A DNA stretch of 64,000 nucleotides, from contig JBBRDT010000001.1 of NCBI GenBank assembly GCA_038203635.1, positions 22,003 to 86,002 of the forward strand, in the 5' to 3' direction. Within the stretch, counting starts at the first letter, position 1. Every line of letters starts with the position of its first letter. The translations under genes were made by a program, and so were the position numbers. Shown one piece after another: positions 49,102 to 58,521 of the stretch. The DNA comes from Solirubrobacterales bacterium (GTDB lineage Bacteria; Actinomycetota; Thermoleophilia; Solirubrobacterales; JBBDJG01). Under the pieces are notes generated by a model. That model saw nothing but the letters and a program-made list of their open reading frames with translations, did not search any database and was not told where the DNA came from.

Positions 49102-49721
49102 CAGCCCTGCCCCTCTGCCATCGCGGACGCGGGAACCTGCGCCGGACGGTGACGCACCGGGCGGGCGCGTTCAGCCTCGCGCCTGCGGCGCGGCAGTATC
49201 CGCACGAGCAGCAGGAACACGATTGGCGCACCGGTCACCAGCAGGAACGCCCTCAGCCAGGTAGTCGAGGCGTCCGTCCCGGCGCCGAGCGCGTGCACGA
49301 CCCCGAGGACGTACACCGCAGACGTCGCGCGGTGCAGCTTGCGCCACAGGCGGGTCCCGATGCGACGGCGCGCGTAGAAGGACAGCCCGAGTAGCGCCGC
49401 GAGGTAGCCGGCGACGATGCCGAGCCCCGTGAACAGCGGGCGATAGGACATCGTGAACGGCACCAGCACGCCGCCGACACCCGGGTTCAGCCAGGAGTCC
49501 CCGAGCAGGGTGATGCCGTGCACCGCGATCGCCACGAGCCCCGTCAGCGCCAGGTGCTCGTGCAGCTTCACGAGCACGCGGTTGAGGCCGGGGCGGCGCA
49601 GTAGCTTCGTCGCCATCAGCAACCCGATGCCCACCGAGGCGGTCACCAGGCCGAGCGCGACGACGCCGGAGGCCCTGCTCGAGAGCCACCAGATGTAGTC
49701 GTACGGATTGGGGCCGGTCAT
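49101..49721 (-). CDS. stand-alone ferric-reductase-domain (MsrQ/NOX-type) di-heme b membrane protein
   Basis: Six predicted TM helices. His pairs spaced H-x13-H (LHEHLALTGLVAIAVHG) and H-x12-H (LHRATSAVYVLGVVHALG). Its stop overlaps the FdR start by 1 nt. Confidence 0.8.
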   Translation of the reverse strand: MTGPNPYDYIWWLSSRASGVVALGLVTASVGIGLLMATKLLRRPGLNRVLVKLHEHLALTGLVAIAVHGITLLGDSWLNPGVGGVLVPFTMSYRPLFTGLGIVAGYLAALLGLSFYARRRIGTRLWRKLHRATSAVYVLGVVHALGAGTDASTTWLRAFLLVTGAPIVFLLLVRILPRRRREAERARPVRHRPAQVPASAMAEGQG

Positions 49722-49725
49722 GCGC

Positions 49726-49938
49726 TCAGCCTCCGCCGGACGACTTGGTCACCAGTGGGGCGGCGCTGTCGTGGCCTTGAGCCGGGGCGGTCGCCTGCTT
49801 GGCGGCCACCGGAATGGCTGCCAGTCCCGGATCGTGTCCGGCGCGCAGCTGTGCCGCGAGGAATACGACGATCACCAGGAAGACACACGCGGCGGTGCTT
49901 GCGATCGTGGCTACGCTCGGCGTTGCGCGCCTAGTCAT
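49726..49938 (-). CDS. small single-TM protein (A2; paralog of B2)
   Basis: ATG 49938 is nested in the end of A1 (GATGACTAG). TM helix IASTAACVFLVIVVFLAAQLRAGHDP. Ends 4 nt before the FRD gene. Confidence 0.45.
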   Translation of the reverse strand: MTRRATPSVATIASTAACVFLVIVVFLAAQLRAGHDPGLAAIPVAAKQATAPAQGHDSAAPLVTKSSGGG

Positions 49939-50152
49939 CTGCCCCACCGCCATCGTCATCGGCGAAGGCTGCCTGCGGGGCGGCGGGGTTGACGGGCGCG
50001 GCCGCGCTGTGGACCTGCGTCGCGCGCGGCGGCGCCTGCGGGTGGCTGAGCGCGAGCCCGGCAAGGCCGCCGAGCGCCACGATCGTGAGCCCTACAGCGA
50101 TCTTGGGCCGCAACTGCGACATGGCGTTCTCCTTTCGGCGAATCTCGGTCAA
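49931..50152 (-). CDS. small N-terminally anchored protein with acidic tail ending DD (A1; paralog of B1)
   Basis: Start is 50152 or ATG 50122 (MSQLRPKIAVGLTIVALGGLAGLALS). Tail FADDDGGGADD. Confidence 0.45.
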   Translation of the reverse strand: MTEIRRKENAMSQLRPKIAVGLTIVALGGLAGLALSHPQAPPRATQVHSAAAPVNPAAPQAAFADDDGGGADD

Positions 50153-50258
50153 GACACCGTCAATGGTCGCGGGGCGATGTCCAAGGCCGGGGAAAAACCG
50201 AGCAAAGCATCGGTAAAACCCGGACGAGGAGACGGCGACTGCCTACTACGATCGGATC

Positions 50259-50978
<720 letters not shown>

Positions 50979-51019
50979 GCCTCCGGATCCGCCTACTGCT
51001 CGCGCTGGCCTATGTCCTG

Positions 51020-52366
51020 GTGCTGGCGATCGTCTCCCTGGAGGTACCGCTCGCACTGCAGCTCGGCCGGCGCGTCGACGCCGAGGTGCGCTCGCAGTCG
51101 ACCAACCAGGCCGACGTGATCGCGGCGACCGCCGCCGAGCCGCTGCGCACCGGCCGGTCTCGCGCGCTCGCCGAGCTGGCCCGCACCGCGGGGCGCTCGG
51201 CGCGCGGGCGCGTTGTGATCGTCGACCGGCGGGGGCGCCTGATCGCCGACAGCGCCGGCGCGGCGGCGCCCGGCTCGGACTACGGCAACCGGCCCGAGAT
51301 CGCCGCGGCGCTCGCGGGGCGGGGATTCCAGGACACGCGCCGCAGCCAGACTTTGCAAGCCGAGATCCTTGCAACCGCGGCCCCGGTCCTGCGGGGCAAA
51401 CGGATCGAGGGCGCGGTGCGCATCACCCAGAGCGTCGCCGCCGTGCACCACGCGGTGCGCCGCAACGTGCTCGGCCTGGCGCTGATCGGATTGCTCGTGC
51501 TCGCGATCGGGCTCGGGGTCGGCGCGCTGATCGCGGGCCAGTTCGCGCGGCCGGTGAGGCGACTTGACAGGGCCGCGCGACGTATCGCCGAGGGAGACCT
51601 CGACGTGCGCGCGCCGGTGGAAGGGAGCTCGGAGCAACGCTCGCTGTCGCACTCGTTCAACGAGATGACGGATCGGCTGAGCCGCGCGATCCGCGCTCAG
51701 CAGAGATTCGTGGCCGATGCGTCACATCAGCTGCGCACACCGCTTACCGGCCTGCGGCTACGCCTGGAGGAGGCCCGTGACGGTGGAGTCAGCGACGAGG
51801 CCGCGCGCGGGCTCGAGGCCGGCGACCGAGAGATCGAGCGTCTCGCACGCACCATCGACGAGCTGCTCGTGTTGAGCCGTGCCGGTGAGCACGATGCCCC
51901 CGGCGAGGTCGTAATTCTGGAGCGTGCCGCCGCGGATGCGATCGAACGGTGGAACACGTTTGCCGCGGAGCATGGGCAGCAACTCGAACTGCGCGATGGA
52001 GCGGCCGCGCGCACGTGGGCCGCGCGCACCGACGTCGACCGCGCGCTCGACGCGCTGATCGAGAACGCGGTCCTCTATTCCGCGCCGGGGACGCGCGTCG
52101 TCGTCAGGCTCGGCGAGGGCGTGATCGCTGTCGAGGACGAGGGCCCCGGTCTCTCGGAAGGAGAGGAAGACGAGGTGTTCGAGCGGTTCCATCGCGGGCG
52201 CGCGGGCGCCGAGGGCCCGCCGGGCACCGGCCTCGGCCTTCCGATCGCGCGCGAGCTCGCCCGTCGCTGGGGCGGCGAGGCGACGATCGAGAACCGCAAC
52301 GGCCGCGGTGCGCGGGCGATTCTCAGGTTCCCTGACTTTACGAGCCGTTCACCCGGAGGTGGCTAG
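51020..52366 (+). CDS. sensor histidine kinase (HAMP-HisKA-HATPase_c); true start probably upstream at a non-canonical codon
   Basis: H-box FVADASHQLRTPLTG. ATPase boxes LIENAVLYS, DEGPGL, GTGLGLPIA. The frame stays open back to ~50975 and encodes LRIRLLLALAYVLVLAIV (TM1), but there is no ATG/GTG/TTG before 51020. Confidence 0.85.
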   Translation: MLAIVSLEVPLALQLGRRVDAEVRSQSTNQADVIAATAAEPLRTGRSRALAELARTAGRSARGRVVIVDRRGRLIADSAGAAAPGSDYGNRPEIAAALAGRGFQDTRRSQTLQAEILATAAPVLRGKRIEGAVRITQSVAAVHHAVRRNVLGLALIGLLVLAIGLGVGALIAGQFARPVRRLDRAARRIAEGDLDVRAPVEGSSEQRSLSHSFNEMTDRLSRAIRAQQRFVADASHQLRTPLTGLRLRLEEARDGGVSDEAARGLEAGDREIERLARTIDELLVLSRAGEHDAPGEVVILERAAADAIERWNTFAAEHGQQLELRDGAAARTWAARTDVDRALDALIENAVLYSAPGTRVVVRLGEGVIAVEDEGPGLSEGEEDEVFERFHRGRAGAEGPPGTGLGLPIARELARRWGGEATIENRNGRGARAILRFPDFTSRSPGGG

Positions 52367-52367
52367 C

Positions 52368-52679
52368 GTGCAACGTGTGCGCCGCGAGACGCTTGCATGG
52401 ATCCTGGCCGCCCTGCTCGGACTGGCGGTCGCCGCCGGCGTGATGGCGGCCGCAAGTCACCTGTCGAGCCAGCGGGTCGGGCTGGCGTCGGAGCCGCCGT
52501 CCGCGGGGGCGCGGCTGGCACCGGCCGGCGAGCCGGCGCCGAGCCCGCCCACGCGCCGGCCGCGCCGGCCGGCCGGCAATGCCCCGCCAAAGAAGGTCAC
52601 GACGACCACGACGCCGAGCACGCCCGCACCGCCGCCCAATGAGGCAACCGGCGACGGCGATGGCGACGCCGACGACTGA
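52368..52679 (+). CDS. small N-terminally anchored Pro-rich protein with acidic tail ending DD (C1; same architecture as A1/B1)
   Basis: GTG 52368 follows GGAGGTGG, 1 nt after the kinase stop. Anchor LAWILAALLGLAVAAGVMAAA. Pro-rich middle. Tail EATGDGDGDADD. Confidence 0.45.
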   Translation: MQRVRRETLAWILAALLGLAVAAGVMAAASHLSSQRVGLASEPPSAGARLAPAGEPAPSPPTRRPRRPAGNAPPKKVTTTTTPSTPAPPPNEATGDGDGDADD

Positions 52680-52712
52680 ATGCGCACGCATTTCCACAGC
52701 GAAGGAGGACAC

Positions 52713-53621
52713 GTGAGCTACGAGACCCTGCTGTACGAGACACACGGGCCGATCGCGACGATCACGCTGAACCGGCCGGACACGCTGAACACGATCGTCC
52801 CGCCGATGCCCGACGAGGTGGAGTCGAGCGTCGAGGAGGCGGTGCGTGACGACGCCGTGAAGGTGATCGTGCTGCGCGGTGCCGGCCGTTCCTTCTGTGC
52901 CGGCTACGACTTCGGCGAGGGCTTCCATCACTGGGACGAAGCCATCAACACCAATGGGCGCTGGGATCCGGGCAAGGACTTCGTGATGGCCACGACGCCG
53001 TCCGCCTCCCCGACACAGAAGCTCTTCAGCATCTGGCGCTCGCCCAAGCCGGTGATCGCCCAGGTGCACGGCTGGTGCGTGGGCGGCGGCAGCGACTTCG
53101 CGCTGGGCGCAGACATCGTGATCGCGTCCGAGGACGCGCGCATCGGCACACCCTACGCGCGGATGTGGGGCGCATATCTGTCGGGCATGTGGATCTACCG
53201 CCTGGGCCTCGCGCGAGTGAAGTGGCACGGCCTCACCGGCCGGCCGCTGAGCGGGCGCGAGGCAGCGGACGTCGAGCTCATCAACTTCGCCGTGCCCTTC
53301 GAAGACCTCGAGGCCGAGGTCTGGAAGACCGCACGCGAGCTGGCCTCCGTACCGTCATCGCAGCTCGCGGCGATGAAGCTGGTGATCAACCACGCCTACG
53401 AGAACATGGGGTTGGCATCGACGCAGACGCTAGGCCCGATCCTCGACGGCCTGATGCGCAATACCCCGGATGCCGAGGGGTTCATCGGACTTGCGGAGCG
53501 CGACGGAGTGCGGGCGGCCGTGACGGAGAGAGACGGCCCGTTTGCCGACTACAGCCAGGGTGGCCCGGCGGACAAGCCCGACCCCACGAACGTCATCCAA
53601 GCCGAGAGCCGGCCTTCCTGA
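52713..53621 (+). CDS. enoyl-CoA hydratase/isomerase family protein
   Basis: GTG 52713 follows GAAGGAGGA (the ORF opens at 52680). ATITLNRPDTLN..VIVLRGAGRSFCAGYD..PVIAQVHGWCVGGG. Confidence 0.85.
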   Translation: MSYETLLYETHGPIATITLNRPDTLNTIVPPMPDEVESSVEEAVRDDAVKVIVLRGAGRSFCAGYDFGEGFHHWDEAINTNGRWDPGKDFVMATTPSASPTQKLFSIWRSPKPVIAQVHGWCVGGGSDFALGADIVIASEDARIGTPYARMWGAYLSGMWIYRLGLARVKWHGLTGRPLSGREAADVELINFAVPFEDLEAEVWKTARELASVPSSQLAAMKLVINHAYENMGLASTQTLGPILDGLMRNTPDAEGFIGLAERDGVRAAVTERDGPFADYSQGGPADKPDPTNVIQAESRPS

Positions 53622-53685
53622 AAACCCGCTGGCCGGATGTTCCGGGCCACTAACATCTCTCGCCCCGAGGCGCGGAGGCAATCGA

Positions 53686-54297
53686 ATGAGCGGCTTTATC
53701 TCGAGAGGCTTCAAGGGACTGCGGCGCACGCCCGAGGAACTGGCCGACCGTATTCCGCCCGGCCAATATTTCGAGCGCGGCTTCCCGGTCCTGACCGCGG
53801 GCCCCACGCCCGACGTGCCGCTCGGCAAGTGGAGCCTGCGGATCGACGGCATGGTCGCCGAGACCCGCGAATGGACGTGGGAGGAGTTCGGCGCGCTGCC
53901 CTTCGAAGCGGTCCCGTGCGACATCCACTGCGTCACCAAGTGGTCGAAGATCGGCACAAGCTTCGGCGGTGTGTCCGTGGACACCCTGCTGGAGGACGCC
54001 GAGCCCCTCGGCGCCTTCGTCATGGCCTACTCCCATGGCGGATACACGACCAACCTGCCGGTCGAGGACATCACCGACGGCAAGGCATGGGTCGTCACCG
54101 AGCACGAGGGCGAGCCACTCCCCCGGGAACATGGCGGTCCCGCGCGCCTGCTCGTTCCACATCTGTACTTCTGGAAGACCGCGAAGTGGATCGCCGGCCT
54201 GCGCGTGATGGATCACGACGAGCCGGGTTTCTGGGAGGCGAACGGCTACCACAACCGCGGCGACCCCTGGCGCGAGGAGCGCTATTGGAACGACTAG
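53686..54297 (+). CDS. sulfite-oxidase-family molybdopterin oxidoreductase (YedY/MsrP catalytic fold), no signal peptide
   Basis: ATG 53686 follows GGAGG. W.L.IDG.V....W.W.EF..LP......DIHCVTKWS....F.GV..DTLL...HGGP.RL..P.LY.WK..KW. The 251-aa ORF extension was rejected. Confidence 0.85.
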   Translation: MSGFISRGFKGLRRTPEELADRIPPGQYFERGFPVLTAGPTPDVPLGKWSLRIDGMVAETREWTWEEFGALPFEAVPCDIHCVTKWSKIGTSFGGVSVDTLLEDAEPLGAFVMAYSHGGYTTNLPVEDITDGKAWVVTEHEGEPLPREHGGPARLLVPHLYFWKTAKWIAGLRVMDHDEPGFWEANGYHNRGDPWREERYWND

Positions 54298-54299
54298 GA

Positions 54300-55013
54300 G
54301 TGACGCCGGTCGAGCAGCGGGCGCCCGGTCGCTGGCAGGTCGGCACCGTCGCGGCGGTCAAGCAGGAGACTCCGCGCGTCAAGTCGTTCCGGATCTCGCT
54401 GGCGATGTGGATGCCGCACCTGCCCGGCCAGCACTACGACGTGCGCCTCACCGCGCCGGACGGCTACAGCGCGCAGCGTTCGTACTCGATCGCCTCCTCG
54501 CCGCTTGACGAAGGAGAGATCGAGTTGACCATCGACCGGCTCGACGACGGCGAGGTGTCCCCGTACTTCCATGACGTCGTGGCCGTGGGTGACCAGGTCG
54601 AGGTCCGCGGGCCGTTTGCGTCCTACTTCGTGTGGCGGGGTGAGCAGCCGGTGCTCCTCGTGGGGGGAGGATCAGGCGTCGTTCCCCTGATGGCGATGCT
54701 GCGGCACCGCAGGCGCACGATGCCTGAGTTGGCGATGCGGCTCGTGTACTCCGTCCGGTCGGCCGAGGACGTGATCTACGCCGACGAGCTGTGGGACGAC
54801 GCGGTGCTCACCTACACGCGGCAGCCGCCCTCGGGTTGGACGGGCCACACGGGGCGCATCGACGCCGCGCTGATCGCTGCGGCGGACGCCGCCTCCGGGA
54901 CGGCTTTCGTTTGCGGGTCGAATGGGTTCGTCGAATCGGCCGCCGGCCTGCTCCTCGATGCGGGCATCGCGGCCGAGAGCATCCGTACCGAGCGCTTCGG
55001 GCCCACCGGCTAG
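54300..55013 (+). CDS. FNR-like FAD/NAD(P)-binding reductase
   Basis: GTG 54300 lies 2 nt after the upstream stop. RSYSIASSP (FAD RxYS motif), LVGGGSGVVPLMAML (NAD GGxGxxP), C-terminal FVCGSNGFVE..ERFGP. Confidence 0.85.
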   Translation: MTPVEQRAPGRWQVGTVAAVKQETPRVKSFRISLAMWMPHLPGQHYDVRLTAPDGYSAQRSYSIASSPLDEGEIELTIDRLDDGEVSPYFHDVVAVGDQVEVRGPFASYFVWRGEQPVLLVGGGSGVVPLMAMLRHRRRTMPELAMRLVYSVRSAEDVIYADELWDDAVLTYTRQPPSGWTGHTGRIDAALIAAADAASGTAFVCGSNGFVESAAGLLLDAGIAAESIRTERFGPTG

Positions 55014-55439
55014 ACCGGCCTGGCTGTCTAGCGCTGGAGTGGCGCCTCGAGGGGGCACGCGTACGCCGCGTAGCCTGCATTTTGCGACAGAGTCGATCTG
55101 ATCGGCCGGGACGAGCTGATGCGCGTGGGCACCGTAGCCCTGCTCGTCGTCCGGGAAGGGCAACGGCTGCGTGGTCGCGGCAACCACCTTTCCGTCCCCG
55201 TCGAGACACTCGAGCTTCACGTCCCGACCGTTCTTCGCGGTCTTCCGGTTGTTCAGCCGCTCCGCGATCGTCACGGTCAGCAGCGGATCCCCTCCCTTGG
55301 ACGGGTCCCACTCGACGGTCAGGTCAGGATTGCTGTCTGATCCGCTGCCGGAGGACGCAGACCAGATTGCCAGCGGAATCACCATGATCGCGAGGAGGGC
55401 CGCCGCCGGCCCGATCGTCTTGATGTCGAAACGCTGCAT
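54672..55439 (-). CDS. hypothetical N-terminally anchored protein; only the first ~135 codons look genuine, and the 3' part runs antisense through the FNR-like gene
   Basis: MQRFDIKTIGPAAALLAIMVIPLAIWSA anchor followed by a plausible domain up to ..SVAKCRLRG. Downstream residues are Arg/Gly/Pro-rich, typical of antisense translation. Confidence 0.4.
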   Translation of the reverse strand: MQRFDIKTIGPAAALLAIMVIPLAIWSASSGSGSDSNPDLTVEWDPSKGGDPLLTVTIAERLNNRKTAKNGRDVKLECLDGDGKVVAATTQPLPFPDDEQGYGAHAHQLVPADQIDSVAKCRLRGVRVPPRGATPALDSQAGLAGGPEALGTDALGRDARIEEQAGGRFDEPIRPANESRPGGGVRRSDQRGVDAPRVARPTRGRLPRVGEHRVVPQLVGVDHVLGRPDGVHEPHRQLRHRAPAVPQHRHQGNDA

Positions 55440-55545
55440 TCGCCGGATCTATCGGCACAGGGCACCCGGGCATCGAGCCCCATCGACCGACGCGCCCGAC
55501 GCGCCGTAGGCTAGGTTTCCAGGGTCGCGAGAAAGGAATGCACCG

Positions 55546-57870
55546 ATGAACCGGCGGGCGCTCTTGATCTCGAAAGGATGGGTGCAAGCCGTCCTGCTCG
55601 TGGTGCTGTTCGGTTTCTTCGTGCTCGGCCTGCTGGCCTATCGCACGTACCAGGCCAAGCCGCCGACGCCACTGCGTGTCGTCGACCCGCAGGGTCAGCT
55701 TCTCTACACGGCCTCCGACATCCGCAAGGGCCAGCAGGTCTTCCTCCACAACGGGCTGATGGAGTACGGCTCGGTCTTCGGCCATGGGGCCTACCTCGGG
55801 CCTGACTTCACCGCGGACTACCTGCGCCGCGCATCGGACCTCGTACGGCGCACCTACGGCGGAGCGGGCTCAGACGCAGCGGCCCGCCGGACGATCCATG
55901 ACTTCCGCACGAACCGCTACGACGAGGCGAGCGGAACCCTTACTCTGTCCGCGCCGCAGGCCGCGGCGCACCGCCGGCTCGTGGGCCACTACTCGCGCTT
56001 CTTCTCCGAGCCGACGTCCAAGCACGGGTTGCGGCCCAACGCGATCACGGATCGCACGGAGCTGCGCCAGCTCACCGCGTTCTTCGGATGGACCGCCTGG
56101 GCGGGCTCGACCAACCGCCCGGGCCACAACTACTCCTACACCAACAACTGGCCGCCCGAGCCACGAGTCGACAACCGGCCCACCGCCAACGTGATCGTCT
56201 GGAGCGTGCTCTCGCTGATCGCGCTGCTGGGTGGCATCGGGATCCTGTTCGGCGTCTTCGGGCGCTGGCGGTTCCTGGGCTGGCACGGTCGCGAGCAGGC
56301 GAGCCTGTCATTCCGCGCCCCCGGGGACGTGGCCCTGACGCCTGCTCAACGGGCGTGCGCGTGGTTCTTCTTCGTGATGGCCGCGCTGTTCCTGCTCCAG
56401 ACGGTCGTCGGCGCCGCCTCCCAGCACTACCGGGCCGAGATCGACAGCTTCTTCGGTATCGATCTCGCGCAAATCCTTCCGTACAACCTTTTGCGCACCT
56501 GGCATGTCCAGCTCGCCCTGTTCTGGGTCGCCACGTCGTTCGTAGCTGCGGGCATCTTCCTGGCGCCGATGATCGCCCGTCGCGAGCCCAAGCATCAGGG
56601 CAAGCTCGCCTTCGCGCTGCTCGGCGCCCTGGCGGTGGTCGTCTTCGGCACGCTGATCGGCTCGTACCTGGGAATCCACGGCACTCTCCAGGGCGCTGCC
56701 TCGAACTGGTTCGGGCTCCAAGGCTTCGAGTACCTCGACCTCGCCCGGATCTGGCAGGTGCTTCTAACCGTCGGGCTGATCGTGTGGGCTTTCATGCTCT
56801 TCCGGGTGCTGCGCGTACGGCTGCGCAGCGATCACCCCGGCAACATGCCGTGGCTGTTCTTCCTGGCTGCCTGCGCGATCCCCGCCTTCTACGCCGTCGG
56901 GCTGATCGCGCGCACCGGTGACCACTTCACGGTCGCCGAGTTCTGGCGCTTCTGGGTGGTGCACCTCTGGGTGGAGGACTTCCTCGAGCTGTTCACCACG
57001 GTGATGGTCGCCTACATGTTCGTGCTGCTCGGGGTGGTCCGCGAAAGGGTTGCGCTGACGGTCGTGTTCCTGGACATCATCCTGTACTCGTTCGGCGGAG
57101 TGATCGGCACGATGCACCACCTGTACTTCTCCGGGGAGCCGGCCGAGCACATGGCGCTCGGCGCCTTCTTCTCCGCCGCCGAGGTCATCCCCCTCACCTT
57201 CCTGACTGTCGAGGCCTGGTCGTTCCTCCAGCTCGGCGCGGCGCAGCAGTCGCGGGCCGGCACGCCGTTCCCGCACCGCTGGGCGGTGATGTTCCTCGTC
57301 GCCGTGGGGTTCTGGAACTTCCTCGGCGCCGGCATCTTCGGCTTCCTCATCAACCTGCCGGTCGTCTCCTACTACGAGATCGGGACCGCGCTGACGGCCA
57401 ATCACGGCCACGCGGCGATGATGGGCGTCTACGGGATGCTCGCCATCGGACTGGCGCTGTTCTGCCTGCGCTACCTGATCCCGGCCGAGCGCTGGCCGGA
57501 GAAGTGGGCGCGGATCAGCTTCTGGTCGACCAACATCGGCCTCGCCTGGATGTGCTTCGCGACGCTGCTGCCACTGGGCATCCTGCAGCTCTACGAGTCG
57601 GTGAACAACGGGTATTTCGAAGCGCGCGAGCCGAAGTTCCTGACCAACGACACGAACGCGTTGATCGAGTGGCTGCGCCTGCCCGGCGACATGATCTTCA
57701 TCGCGGGCGGTGCTCTGCCGACGCTCTACATCGCCTATGTGGGCATCCGCCACACGGTCAAACGCGTGACCCTCGATGAGCCGGAGGACATCCTCTTCAC
57801 CGAGGTGGTTGAACCCGAAGGTGTGCCGGCGATGGGTGACGATGAGGCCGCCGCCGCGAGGCTGACGTGA
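55546..57870 (+). CDS. norZ: quinol-dependent nitric oxide reductase large subunit (qNOR, NorZ/NorB type)
   Basis: 774 aa. The N-terminal extension with GQQVFLHNGLMEYGSVFGHGAYLGPDFTADYL is characteristic of qNOR. Heme-copper-oxidase-like 12-TM core with conserved His (HLWVEDF, HHLYF, GHAAMMG). Confidence 0.9.
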   Translation: MNRRALLISKGWVQAVLLVVLFGFFVLGLLAYRTYQAKPPTPLRVVDPQGQLLYTASDIRKGQQVFLHNGLMEYGSVFGHGAYLGPDFTADYLRRASDLVRRTYGGAGSDAAARRTIHDFRTNRYDEASGTLTLSAPQAAAHRRLVGHYSRFFSEPTSKHGLRPNAITDRTELRQLTAFFGWTAWAGSTNRPGHNYSYTNNWPPEPRVDNRPTANVIVWSVLSLIALLGGIGILFGVFGRWRFLGWHGREQASLSFRAPGDVALTPAQRACAWFFFVMAALFLLQTVVGAASQHYRAEIDSFFGIDLAQILPYNLLRTWHVQLALFWVATSFVAAGIFLAPMIARREPKHQGKLAFALLGALAVVVFGTLIGSYLGIHGTLQGAASNWFGLQGFEYLDLARIWQVLLTVGLIVWAFMLFRVLRVRLRSDHPGNMPWLFFLAACAIPAFYAVGLIARTGDHFTVAEFWRFWVVHLWVEDFLELFTTVMVAYMFVLLGVVRERVALTVVFLDIILYSFGGVIGTMHHLYFSGEPAEHMALGAFFSAAEVIPLTFLTVEAWSFLQLGAAQQSRAGTPFPHRWAVMFLVAVGFWNFLGAGIFGFLINLPVVSYYEIGTALTANHGHAAMMGVYGMLAIGLALFCLRYLIPAERWPEKWARISFWSTNIGLAWMCFATLLPLGILQLYESVNNGYFEAREPKFLTNDTNALIEWLRLPGDMIFIAGGALPTLYIAYVGIRHTVKRVTLDEPEDILFTEVVEPEGVPAMGDDEAAAARLT

Positions 57871-58466
57871 GCACCGAGGTCTTCCTCTTCGCCGGGTACG
57901 CGGTGCTCCTGCTGGCTGCCGCCGGGCTGCTGGAGTGGCTGTCGGCGCACACCCACCGCCGCTCTCTGCGCTACCGGACCGCGGGTTTCGACTACGACGC
58001 GGACCATGACCATTGGCGGTGCCCCGAGGGCCAGTATCTGTGGCCGCACGAGCTCGACCACGAGCGCCGCCTCGTCCGGTACCGGGCCCAGGCACGCGTC
58101 TGCAACGCCTGCCCGCGCAAGGAGGCGTGCACCGACTCGACCACCGGGCGCGAGGTTGTCCGGCCGCTCGATCCGTGGCCGCACTCGGAGGCCGGGCGCT
58201 TCCACCGAGGGCTGTCGCTCGTGCTCGTCGCCCTGTCGCTCCTCATGCTGGTCGCCGCCGGTGCGCGCAACCACGACCCGGGAGAGGCTGCGCTGTTGGG
58301 CGCCCTACTCATCGCGGCGCTCCTGGTCGGCCGAATGCTGGGGAACGACCTCCGCGCTCACCCGTCGAACTTCCCCGCGCCTGCTGCCGCGAAGAGAGTC
58401 CGAATGACGGTCACCGGCGCCGACGGGCGCGCCCAGGTAGGCGGGCGCACGCGCCGTACGCCATGA
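57867..58466 (+). CDS. small membrane protein with a Cys4 module resembling the FxYDxxxDxxxCPxG...CxxCPxKxxCT segment of IS1182/IS5-type transposases
   Basis: GTG overlaps the norZ stop (GTGA). One TM helix, then FDYDADHDHWRCPEGQYLW..YRAQARVCNACPRKEACTDSTTGREVVR, then two more TM helices. Confidence 0.5.
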   Translation: MSTEVFLFAGYAVLLLAAAGLLEWLSAHTHRRSLRYRTAGFDYDADHDHWRCPEGQYLWPHELDHERRLVRYRAQARVCNACPRKEACTDSTTGREVVRPLDPWPHSEAGRFHRGLSLVLVALSLLMLVAAGARNHDPGEAALLGALLIAALLVGRMLGNDLRAHPSNFPAPAAAKRVRMTVTGADGRAQVGGRTRRTP

Positions 58467-58474
58467 AACCGCGA

Positions 58475-58521
58475 AAGCGGACGACGGGCCTCGAACCCGC
58501 GACCTTCGGCTTGGGAAGCCG
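58475..58521 (-). repeat. 47-nt copy of the 3' half (anticodon stem to discriminator) of tRNA-Gly(CCC): att-type direct repeat
   Basis: aagcggacgacgggcctcgaacccgcgaccttcggcttgggaagccg matches 61159..61205 at 45/47 positions in the same orientation. Confidence 0.85.

Noticed and set aside
53686-55013. MsrP-like molybdoenzyme as partner of the MsrQ-like FRD protein at 49101..49721 (a split MsrPQ system)
   Set aside because: The molybdoenzyme has no Tat or Sec signal, so it is cytoplasmic. It is coupled (2-nt gap) to its own FNR-like reductase. The FRD gene is embedded in a different, tightly coupled operon 4 kb away.
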